From Candidatus Heimdallarchaeota archaeon (GTDB lineage: Archaea > Asgardarchaeota > Heimdallarchaeia > JABLTI01), in the NCBI GenBank assembly GCA_030614005.1, contig JAUWKS010000003.1, positions 1,354-65,353 of the forward strand: 64,000 bases of DNA, in the 5' to 3' direction. A program made the position numbers and the translations under genes. Each line of letters opens with the position of its first letter. Positions within the stretch are counted from its first letter, which is position 1. This document shows, piece after piece, positions 1 to 8,179 of this stretch. A model generated the notes under the pieces. That model worked only from the letters and a program-made list of their open reading frames with translations. It searched no databases and had not been told where the DNA came from.

Positions 1-73
1 AGAGGATGCGAATACAATTACATTGACAGAAAAAACAGCTATTGATACCCAACCTGAAGAAAAACCATCTTTA

Positions 74-1552
74 ATGAGCTTACTAAAAAATAAATCCTAT
101 AGACTAGTTTTTGGTGGACAGATGATAAATATGCTTGCAAGCATATTAGTAGGAATGACATTGTCATTTTTAATCTATGATGTCACTAAAAATGCTGCAT
201 TAATGGCTATGATGGGAGTTGTGGGGGCATTGCCAATTATTCTGATTATTATATTTGCTGGAGTTATTATTGATCGTATTGATCAAAGAAAAATGATTCT
301 CATTACAATTGGATTAAAGTTTATTGTGTTTACATTATTTCTGCTTTGTTTTGCGCTTAAAGACTATCTAATTCAAGAATATATTATATATAGGCCACTA
401 CTCTATGGTGGTAATATCAAAGTCTTTGTTACTGATTATACGCATTTCATTTGGCCTCTGTATATTGCATTATTTGTAAGCAATGCAAGTGGATCTCTCT
501 ATTTTGTCACAGTTGGTACGTATTCCAAATTTATTATTAAAAAGAAAGATTATCTAATTGCAAACTCTTTTGGTGCTACTATTTTCCAATGTGCTTCAAT
601 AATTGCTCCTCTATTAGCGGGTTTTCTCATTACTACCAGCTATCTCTATAGTTTCATTATTGGTGCTTGTATAATGGGTTTAGCAGTTATTTTTAGTCTA
701 ATACTCGTAATGAAAGGTATTGAAACACCAAAAGTTGAAATTGAAGAGTTAAAGGGCTTCAAGAATAATATGGAGAAAGTATTTGGTGATATTCGAGTTG
801 GTATGGATGCAATTAAATCTGAACCTAAAATATTGTTTATTACTTGTATATATGTGCTTCTCAATTTTGTATGGACATCATTTTTTGGACTTTATAATGT
901 AATACTTCAAGGAGAAATGGCATTAAGTGCTACCTGGTTGGGTGCAATATCGGCAGCTATGGCAGTAATTGCTGTTATATCTTCACTTGTTGTAATGAAA
1001 ATCGGGAAAATAAAACGAAAGTTAATTTTAGTTATTATATTCTTTATTATGCAAACAATTGGAATGTTTATTTTTGCTTTTAACAGAAATCCGTGGATTA
1101 TGATAACAATTAATGTTATACCACTTGGTATTGTTAGTGGTATAGCAAATATTCCTTCAAATACTCTTCGTCAAGAGAAAATTCCACACAATAAAATGGG
1201 TCGTGTGATGTCAAGTGTTCTATTATTCATTAGTATAGCAAATTTGCTTGGTAACGGAATTGTCACTGCAGTTTCAAATTACGTTAACCCAATGTATATT
1301 GTTCTGTCCGGTGCAATTTTGATGACAATATTGACTATTGGGAGTACCATTGTTTTTCTGTCAAAAAGAAGTCTAAGATGTTCTGATTATATTGAAACAA
1401 AAGATGTAGAAGACAATCATGTGGAAAAAATAGTGCCATCAGAGATTGATCAAACTCCTTCTAGAAGAATAGATGAAATTGATATATTAACCAAAGAAAC
1501 GGAAAAGAAACTTCCATTTGATGGCTCAGTTCCTTCTCCTTCATTAGATTAA
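74..1552 (+). CDS. MFS-type transporter (major facilitator superfamily, about 12 TM helices)
   Basis: ORF track 23..1552 begins at a TTG; the first in-frame ATG is at 74 (MSLLKNKSYRLVFGG...). Hydrophobic helices run throughout with charged loop motifs typical of MFS. The frame is open to the window start, so the N-terminus could lie upstream. Confidence 0.6.
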   Translation: MSLLKNKSYRLVFGGQMINMLASILVGMTLSFLIYDVTKNAALMAMMGVVGALPIILIIIFAGVIIDRIDQRKMILITIGLKFIVFTLFLLCFALKDYLIQEYIIYRPLLYGGNIKVFVTDYTHFIWPLYIALFVSNASGSLYFVTVGTYSKFIIKKKDYLIANSFGATIFQCASIIAPLLAGFLITTSYLYSFIIGACIMGLAVIFSLILVMKGIETPKVEIEELKGFKNNMEKVFGDIRVGMDAIKSEPKILFITCIYVLLNFVWTSFFGLYNVILQGEMALSATWLGAISAAMAVIAVISSLVVMKIGKIKRKLILVIIFFIMQTIGMFIFAFNRNPWIMITINVIPLGIVSGIANIPSNTLRQEKIPHNKMGRVMSSVLLFISIANLLGNGIVTAVSNYVNPMYIVLSGAILMTILTIGSTIVFLSKRSLRCSDYIETKDVEDNHVEKIVPSEIDQTPSRRIDEIDILTKETEKKLPFDGSVPSPSLD

Positions 1553-1573
1553 CTAAATTTCGGAGGAAATAAT

Positions 1574-1681
1574 ATGAAAATAAAAGTTGTAATTAATTCA
1601 AGTGGTATAACCTTTCAAATGGGCAATGTAAGTTTAATAATTGGTACAAATCTTGCAATCAAATTATTGATTCATATTTAA
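1574..1681 (+). CDS. Small hypothetical peptide (35 aa, hydrophobic), directly downstream of the MFS gene
   Basis: ATG at 1574 follows a GGAGG Shine-Dalgarno-like motif (1562-1566) at ideal spacing; encodes MKIKVVINSSGITFQMGNVSLIIGTNLAIKLLIHI; stop at 1679-1681. Not in the ORF track because it is short. Confidence 0.2.
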   Translation: MKIKVVINSSGITFQMGNVSLIIGTNLAIKLLIHI

Positions 1682-1727
1682 TACGACTTAGAATTTCTTT
1701 ACTTGAATCTGTAGGGAAAATAGTAAT

Positions 1728-1757
1728 CTAGGATGACTCATATATTTCTCATCCTAG
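1728..1757. repeat. Perfect 9-bp inverted repeat (CTAGGATGA / TCATCCTAG) with a 12-nt spacer
   Basis: Read directly: 1728-1736 is the reverse complement of 1749-1757. Confidence 0.4.
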
Positions 1758-1779
1758 TAATAAATAATTCACTGTGTCG

Positions 1780-1809
1780 TATTAGAAATTATATTTTGCA
1801 TTTCTAATA
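1780..1809. repeat. Perfect 10-bp inverted repeat (TATTAGAAAT / ATTTCTAATA) with a 10-nt spacer
   Basis: Read directly: 1780-1789 is the reverse complement of 1800-1809. Confidence 0.4.
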
Positions 1810-2083
1810 TTTTCTGATTGATTTATGATTAAGTAAGCTATCAATAACCTGATTCAAGTTCATACCTTCAAATAACTGTTAATCGCCTTATCTCTGGTCA
1901 CGTTATTTGAAATGGGTGATAATTTGTGACCATTGATTGAGCATTCTTTATATTGACGATTTATTTGAGCTTTTTAGATGATTAAGTGGTATTTTTATCC
2001 TCTATTTTTAGAGAATTATTGTGAGCAAATTCTGTGTAAGTTTTAATTTTGCCACATTTAATAATTCTTCAAAGGTTTGAAAG

Positions 2084-2665
2084 ATGACTGATAAAGGGGA
2101 CCAAACATTCTTTCTTTCAGGAAAGAATTCAAAGATTTATTTAGAATTAGACAAAGCAAAAAGTGGACAAGATGCTTTAGTAAAAGAACTTGTAAAACAA
2201 CAAATCCGCCCGTCAAATGATATCTGGATTGCTTATCTTACAACTGTAATTGGGAAACTAGCTAAAACAGTTGAAAATAACAATCAAAGAACTCTCGAGA
2301 GTTTAATAATAAAATTAATTGCTCAATTAATGAGCTGGTTAGAGTTAGTAAGAAATGATAATCTTGAAGATCTAACCATTAAAACAAAGAATATTCATAA
2401 CCCTGCTTTTAATACAGTCTTTGTTAAATTAACTGGTGATCTTTCTAGTGCAATCTTGAAAAATGACAATAAAGCAGTTCAAAACAAACTTGTTATGTTC
2501 CAAGCATTTTGTAGTAAATGGATAGAAAGATTGGATGCTCCATCGATAAAAATAATGGATGAAAAAGCACTAAATCAGCAAGAAATTTATGAAGAATATT
2601 GGAAACTCGATGCAAAAATAACTGAAGATTTTGAAGAGGTATTTGCGGGTTTGGATTTAGAATAG
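2084..2665 (+). CDS. Hypothetical all-alpha protein (193 aa)
   Basis: Clean ATG ORF in an AT-rich context; no recognisable motif. Confidence 0.45.
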   Translation: MTDKGDQTFFLSGKNSKIYLELDKAKSGQDALVKELVKQQIRPSNDIWIAYLTTVIGKLAKTVENNNQRTLESLIIKLIAQLMSWLELVRNDNLEDLTIKTKNIHNPAFNTVFVKLTGDLSSAILKNDNKAVQNKLVMFQAFCSKWIERLDAPSIKIMDEKALNQQEIYEEYWKLDAKITEDFEEVFAGLDLE

Positions 2666-2952
2666 CCAATACAAGTTTTACTTAATATGAGAATTATGCC
2701 TATTTTTAAAGCAAAAGATGGGCTATTATTACTTGAACCTGTCATTTGTCAGCCAAATCAGCATGGTTCCTAGTCGGTGGTGTGCTGGTAGAACTTTCTT
2801 TCATCAATTCGAACACCCTCCCAAGAAAGAAAAAACTCTTCCCTTTTAAAATCCAGCACAAACCGGCTAGATATTATTCTGCTCTTTGATTTGTCTTTCT
2901 GAGTAGAAAAAGTAATTAATGATACTTTTCTTCACTGGTTCGAGGAATAGTT

Positions 2953-3366
2953 TTGAGTTTCGAATATAAAGATCATACAGCTGATACCATTGTTCATGCA
3001 AAAGGTGTGGATTTAAAAGAAGCATTTGAACAAGCTGCATTAGGTACATATCAAGTAATGACAGATATATCACTTATTGAACATAAGATAACTAAAGAAG
3101 TGAACATACAATCTGAAGATGAAAAATCATTGTTATTTGATTGGATAGATCAACTAATCTTTTTATTTGATACTGAATTTTTTATATCAAATAAAATATC
3201 TATTCAAGAATTTTCCAAAAATAATGATATCTATTTACTAAAAGCAACATTAGAAGGAGAAGAGTTCGTTATTAGTAAACATTCTCAGAAAAGCGAAGTA
3301 AAAGCGATGACGTATTCCTTTATGGAAGTTGGCGAGAACTACGTAGAGTTTACTCTGGACTTATAA
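2953..3366 (+). CDS. Archease (RtcB tRNA-ligase activator/chaperone)
   Basis: N-terminal ...FEYKDHTADTIVHAKG... matches the archease hallmark (F-E-x-x-D-H-T-A-D); about 137 aa, typical size; TTG start as in the ORF track with GAGGAA just upstream. Confidence 0.75.
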   Translation: MSFEYKDHTADTIVHAKGVDLKEAFEQAALGTYQVMTDISLIEHKITKEVNIQSEDEKSLLFDWIDQLIFLFDTEFFISNKISIQEFSKNNDIYLLKATLEGEEFVISKHSQKSEVKAMTYSFMEVGENYVEFTLDL

Positions 3367-3439
3367 AATACAATTTTAGTCTTACGTTCATAATAACAAA
3401 ACTCAAAAAGCAAGATAGAGATTTTCATAGAGTGAGAAT

Positions 3440-5104
3440 ATGTCTACGAAACGCAACCTTGTCAATGAATTACTCAAAAGAAATTGTCTAATAACTCCTG
3501 ATTGTTACGAGATTTTAGAGGATGTAGACGATGATACTATTGATTTAGATAGGTTAGCGAATGCTTTGAAAAATGAGCTTGTCGTTACTGCTGAGAAATT
3601 ACAAGAAGCATTACAATCATTTGAAGAGTTTTTATCTGAAGGTGACCTTATCGATTCCGATTCTCCAATTGATGAGAGTTTAGAACAATCTGAAATGGAC
3701 ATTACCTTGCCTTCAAAGAAGGTGGAAGAACCTCTCGATAGTATTTCTGACAGCTCAAAAGATGATGAAAAAATACTCGCCACCCAAATTAGAGATATTT
3801 CAAAAGATGTACCAAGTCAATTTGATCCAATTGGTAGAAACATAGATACTCAATTTAAGATACTTCACGAATCATCTGGACAAACAACAATTGATGGAAC
3901 ACTCAAAGATTTTAGTAAATATTTTATAAGTCGATTTAAACAATTGAGAGCTATTTTAAAGAAACGAGGGGATATTGGTGGTTCGTTTCGCATCGGGGAT
4001 TTAAAGAAAGCAAAAATTGACGAACATGAACGGATTGGCATCTTAGGAATGGTAACTACTAAAGTTTCGTTAAAAAATGGCGGAATGTTATTTGAAGTTG
4101 AAGATCCAACAGGGAGCATTACAATTACGATTTCTAATAAAATGCAAGAATTACTCGTTAAAGCTGGAGCATTGCTTCAAGACCAAGTTGCAGGCTTTTT
4201 TGGGAAAATCTATGGTGATAGGATGGTACTCGAAGATTTTGTTTTTCCGGATTTGCCATTAAGTAGTAGGTCTAAGACTGTTAAGGATCCAGTTAGTGTA
4301 TGTATGACAAGTGATTTACATATTGGAAGCAAAGAATTTTTGGAAGATTCGTTTGATAATTTGATAGATTTTTTGAATGGACGTGTTGATGATCCTTATC
4401 AACAAACATTGGCAAGTCAAGTAAAATATTTGATTGTTGGTGGTGATGTTGTAGACGGAATTGGCATTTATCCAAAACAAGAAGACGATTTGATTATTAC
4501 TGATATTTATGGACAATATGATAAAGCAGCTGAACTGCTCGCAAAAATACCCGATTGGATTCACATAATCATCATTTCTGGAAATCATGATGCTTGTAGA
4601 TTAGCTTTACCACAACCCGCAATAGGAAAGGAGTATGCACCAAAATTATGGGCAATGAAAAACGTGAGTATGCTCTCTAATCCTTCTACAGTAAATATCC
4701 ACGGAAAGGTTTTCCTTCTTTATCATGGGAACTCATTCGAAGATGTTTCTTCATTAACGCCAGGATTAAGTATGAGTGATGCAAATGGTCCAATGATTTA
4801 TACTCTAAGATATAGACACTTGGCTCCCACTTTTGGGAGAAGAAGTAGCGTTGTTCCGAGTTTAAAAGATGAATTAGTAATAGAACACGTTCCAGATGTT
4901 TTTCATACTGGTCACATTCACATTAATGCTCATACACGATACAGAGGGGTTGATTGTATTAACTCAGGAACTTTTCAATCACAAACAGATTATATGCAGT
5001 CAAAAAATATTAACCCTACTCCTGGTAGAGTACCAATTATCAATCTACAATCAGGTAAATTGCATGAACTTGTATTCTATGATCCAAAAGAACAGAAGCA
5101 ATAA
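3440..5104 (+). CDS. DNA polymerase II (PolD) small subunit DP1
   Basis: C-terminal calcineurin-like phosphoesterase domain with GNHD (IIISGNHDACRLALPQP) and the GDVVDG motif; typical DP1 N-terminal region; 554 aa. Confidence 0.8.
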   Translation: MSTKRNLVNELLKRNCLITPDCYEILEDVDDDTIDLDRLANALKNELVVTAEKLQEALQSFEEFLSEGDLIDSDSPIDESLEQSEMDITLPSKKVEEPLDSISDSSKDDEKILATQIRDISKDVPSQFDPIGRNIDTQFKILHESSGQTTIDGTLKDFSKYFISRFKQLRAILKKRGDIGGSFRIGDLKKAKIDEHERIGILGMVTTKVSLKNGGMLFEVEDPTGSITITISNKMQELLVKAGALLQDQVAGFFGKIYGDRMVLEDFVFPDLPLSSRSKTVKDPVSVCMTSDLHIGSKEFLEDSFDNLIDFLNGRVDDPYQQTLASQVKYLIVGGDVVDGIGIYPKQEDDLIITDIYGQYDKAAELLAKIPDWIHIIIISGNHDACRLALPQPAIGKEYAPKLWAMKNVSMLSNPSTVNIHGKVFLLYHGNSFEDVSSLTPGLSMSDANGPMIYTLRYRHLAPTFGRRSSVVPSLKDELVIEHVPDVFHTGHIHINAHTRYRGVDCINSGTFQSQTDYMQSKNINPTPGRVPIINLQSGKLHELVFYDPKEQKQ

Positions 5105-5169
5105 TCATCTTTCAATAAGAGTAGAAAGCTTTTTGTTTAATGTTGTAACCAAATTGGTTGTGATTAATT

Positions 5170-6084
5170 ATGAAAAATCCTTGGTTGCGTATTATGCGCC
5201 CCTTTAATTGTTTTCTCATTTCAATGTGCGCGATTGTAGGATGGGTAGCTGATAAAGGCACATCAGCATTTACTGAACAATGGCCAGCATTAATAATGAC
5301 TTTTATTGGTGGTTGGGCTTTAAGTGCAGCAGCAATGATTTTGAATGATTATTTTGACATTGAAGTAGATAAAATAAATCAACCACAAAGACCAATTCCA
5401 AATGGGGAAATAAAACCAAAAACTGCCCTCATTGTTGGCATTGTTTTAGTTATTCTTGGAATATTACTTGGTTTAGGCATTGATTTTTACAGCTATTATA
5501 CTTTAGAAGGTGTTTTTGGTGTTGCAATTGTTACTGCAATAATAAATTCAGTAATACTAATAATTTATACCAATTATTTGAAGAAATATTCTATTCTCGG
5601 AAATTTAGCTGTTTCATTTGGTGTTTGGTTTGGATTTATGTATGGTGATTTAGTAGTTGATTTCACATTCAATATTTTTCCAGAAACATTGGGTTTCGCA
5701 GCTTTTGTTCTTAATTTCGGAAGAGAAATGATGAAAGGTATTATGGATATTGAGGGTGATCGAGCGAACAAAGTAACAACTGTTGCAACTGCTTTGGGCG
5801 TTAAGGCAACTGCAGTAATTTCAGCAATAACTTATCTGCTAGCTATAAGTTTTGCTTTGTTGCCAATTAAATTTGCAGAGGTAAGCTGGGTATATGTTGG
5901 AACTATTTCTGTTGCATTCATATTAGCTATACTGTGTGCAGTCTGGATTTTAATAGATCAGAGCACTAGATCGATTGTTATAATTAAAACGCTTATTCTT
6001 ATAACAATGTTAGCTGCATTGATAGCTTTCGCTGCGGAAGCACTAGTAAGAGATTTTCTGCCACCAATTATTGCAAGCACTTAA
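5170..6084 (+). CDS. UbiA-family prenyltransferase, probably digeranylgeranylglyceryl phosphate (DGGGP) synthase
   Basis: NDYFDIEVDKIN (NDxxDxxxD) and DIEGD motifs, 8-9 TM helices, about 300 aa as for archaeal DGGGPS. Confidence 0.6.
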   Translation: MKNPWLRIMRPFNCFLISMCAIVGWVADKGTSAFTEQWPALIMTFIGGWALSAAAMILNDYFDIEVDKINQPQRPIPNGEIKPKTALIVGIVLVILGILLGLGIDFYSYYTLEGVFGVAIVTAIINSVILIIYTNYLKKYSILGNLAVSFGVWFGFMYGDLVVDFTFNIFPETLGFAAFVLNFGREMMKGIMDIEGDRANKVTTVATALGVKATAVISAITYLLAISFALLPIKFAEVSWVYVGTISVAFILAILCAVWILIDQSTRSIVIIKTLILITMLAALIAFAAEALVRDFLPPIIAST

Positions 6085-6160
6085 CATAATGTTAGCTTTA
6101 AGAGAAATACAAAAAAGAAAAATAGAAAAGCTAAGAATTAGATTAATACTAAATCTTAGT

Positions 6161-7015
6161 TTATTCAACATTAGAAGGTTTAAAATTCGGTTCTGTAGGT
6201 GGAGAAGGTTCAGTTGCTCCTTCTACTGGTGCAGCTGGTTCCAATGTTTTTATTTTTATCTCAATGGTAGTTAACCTTTGGTTTATGAGATCGAATGCTT
6301 TTGTTAATCTCCCTAATTCATCTTTTAAACTACCTGCAGATTCTACACCCGTTTCTTGCACTACATCAATGGATGCAGGGTTACTTCCAGTAATTGTTGT
6401 TCCTTCTAATTGGTTAATTTTTGTTTCAAGAGCATCTACTGCAGTTAAGAGCGAGGGAACGCGATTGTCATGGGGAGTTTGAGCTACAGACTCTTCAATT
6501 TTATCTAGCCTATCTATAAGACTAGTATACATTTCAGCGTCACCTTTGGTTTCATTCTTAGCAAATTCAGCTTCTAATCTTGCAACTCGTTCAGTTTCTA
6601 AAGATTTTAAGCTGTTATTAACATCTTCTACACTCTCTTTCATTTCTTCTACCATATTTTCAATAGTGTTCTCAATTAAGTCAATCTTCTGCTTTATTTC
6701 TTCAAGTTCAGAAGAATCAACTAGATCTTCAACAGGTTGTGGTGCAGATGTGGGTAAGTTTGTTTCAGCTTGAGCAAAAAGTTGATCACAAACATTCCTT
6801 AAGGGATATTTATCGATTACAAGCCGTGAATTATTCAATAGTTCATTGGCAGCCTTATTAATTCCATTTTTGGAAAATACAGGGACAATAACTTCGTTTT
6901 CGACATCTCCCCTGAGTAAAAGAGATAACACCCATCTACCACGATCTTCAGCAAGCTGTAAATAATACATTGTGCCTGGGATTTGTATTTTCACTTTATC
7001 TATACTTTGTGACAT
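6161..7015 (-). CDS. Hypothetical protein: N-terminal alpha/beta domain, long coiled coil, Pro-rich C-terminal tail
   Basis: ORF track gives 6161..7201, but the first 62 codons overlap the trxB gene on the same strand. The internal ATG at 7013-7015 (MSQSIDKVK...) lies just downstream of the trxB stop and is the likely start. The central region is heptad-rich (EIKQKIDLIENTIENMVEEMKE...); the tail is PAAPVEGATEPSPPTEPNFKPSNVE. Confidence 0.5.
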   Translation of the reverse strand: MSQSIDKVKIQIPGTMYYLQLAEDRGRWVLSLLLRGDVENEVIVPVFSKNGINKAANELLNNSRLVIDKYPLRNVCDQLFAQAETNLPTSAPQPVEDLVDSSELEEIKQKIDLIENTIENMVEEMKESVEDVNNSLKSLETERVARLEAEFAKNETKGDAEMYTSLIDRLDKIEESVAQTPHDNRVPSLLTAVDALETKINQLEGTTITGSNPASIDVVQETGVESAGSLKDELGRLTKAFDLINQRLTTIEIKIKTLEPAAPVEGATEPSPPTEPNFKPSNVE

Positions 7016-7158
7016 TTTAATACCATTCCTAATGAATAAAAGATATCTTATCTTCTTATGACCATATGTTACTAAGGAATATATATAAAACTTTACGAGT
7101 GGGTAAATTTCAGACAACTTGAAAAAAGAGGTAGAAATAGTTCTAGTATGTTGGATTA

Positions 7159-8079
7159 CTATTTCTCTAAAAATTCTTGAACTTTGTATGCTGCAACACA
7201 CCCGTCACCAACAGCAGTAGCAATTTGTTTTATTCGTCCACAAACATCACCAATAGCATAAACGCCGGGGATATTTGTTTCCATAGTAGAAATGTCGGAT
7301 GTAATATAGCCTCGTTCATCTACTTCAATTTTTAGTTGGTCTGCTAAAAGAGTATTTGGCACACTGCCGTATTCGATGAAAATGCCTTCAACATTTACTT
7401 TTTGTTCTTCTTTACTGGACTTGAAAGTAAATGATTCTACGTAATCTCCACCTGCTATTTCGGATACCCTAGTTTGATAATGAATTTCAATATTATCTCG
7501 AGTTTTTAACCGTGCTTCATAAATAGGTTCAGCTCCTAACTCCTTTCTCGTACAGATCAAGTAAACTTTAGAAGAAATATTAGAAAGATAAATCGCTGCT
7601 TTTGCTGCTCCTGTTCCATAGCCTAGGACAGCTGTTGGTTTCCCTTGATAAAGAGCACCATCGCAAACTGCGCAATAAGACACTCCCTTACTATAATATT
7701 CTTCTTCACCTTTAATTTTCATTTTTCGATGTCTTGCACCCATACCAAGAATAACTGCTTGAGCTTCTATTGTTTCCTCTTCTTCAGTTTTTACAATGAA
7801 TTTGCCGTTCTCTTTTTCGATTGAAATAACTTTATCATAAGAAACTTTAGCTCCATTTGCTTTAGTTTGTTTATCCATTGCTTCCATGAGTTCTAAACCT
7901 TGCACTCCTTTTGCATACCCTGAATAATTTTCAATCAAACCTAAATTCGCAACTTGAGATTCATAAGGATTACCAATTACTAATGTTGAAATTCCTGCTC
8001 TGGCAGTATAAATTCCTGCTGTTAATCCTGCTGGTCCTGCTCCTACAATTACAACTTGATATTCTTTCTTTTCTGACAT
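7159..8079 (-). CDS. trxB: Thioredoxin-disulfide reductase
   Basis: FAD-binding VVIVGAGPAGLTAGIY, redox-active CAVCDG, second Rossmann motif GYGTGAAKAA; 306 aa. Confidence 0.8.
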   Translation of the reverse strand: MSEKKEYQVVIVGAGPAGLTAGIYTARAGISTLVIGNPYESQVANLGLIENYSGYAKGVQGLELMEAMDKQTKANGAKVSYDKVISIEKENGKFIVKTEEEETIEAQAVILGMGARHRKMKIKGEEEYYSKGVSYCAVCDGALYQGKPTAVLGYGTGAAKAAIYLSNISSKVYLICTRKELGAEPIYEARLKTRDNIEIHYQTRVSEIAGGDYVESFTFKSSKEEQKVNVEGIFIEYGSVPNTLLADQLKIEVDERGYITSDISTMETNIPGVYAIGDVCGRIKQIATAVGDGCVAAYKVQEFLEK

Positions 8080-8179
8080 TCTATTTTTCTATCCTATGTT
8101 TTATTTTTTGGTTAAATTATTGTTATCCACAGAGAAATTGGAGGGTAATTAAATATACTTCTCCTTACATTTTAATTTT

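Noticed and set aside
646-864. Minus-strand 72-aa ORF inside the MFS transporter gene
   Set aside because: It is fully antisense to a well-supported membrane-protein CDS, has no start context, and its composition is the mirror of the sense frame. It is an AT-rich-genome artefact.
2741-2830. Locally GC-richer patch with a TTCGAAC-like element that looked tRNA-like at first glance
   Set aside because: I could not build an acceptor stem, D arm and T arm with proper pairing or a 3-prime discriminator/CCA context. It is most likely just the 3-prime UTR/promoter between the 2084 gene and archease.
2867-3073. Minus-strand 68-aa ORF overlapping the archease start
   Set aside because: It overlaps the archease N-terminus (HTAD motif) on the opposite strand and has no support.
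3505-4588. Several minus-strand and off-frame ORFs (3505-3783, 3865-4119, 4077-4262, 4293-4475, 4316-4588) inside the PolD small-subunit gene
   Set aside because: They are nested within a CDS carrying strong PolD DP1 motifs, and their products are low-complexity Ser/Ile/Asn-rich translations with no signals.
7015-7201. 5-prime extension of the coiled-coil ORF to 7201 as given in the ORF track
   Set aside because: It would overlap 186 nt of the trxB coding sequence on the same strand. The internal ATG at 7013-7015 gives a non-overlapping gene.
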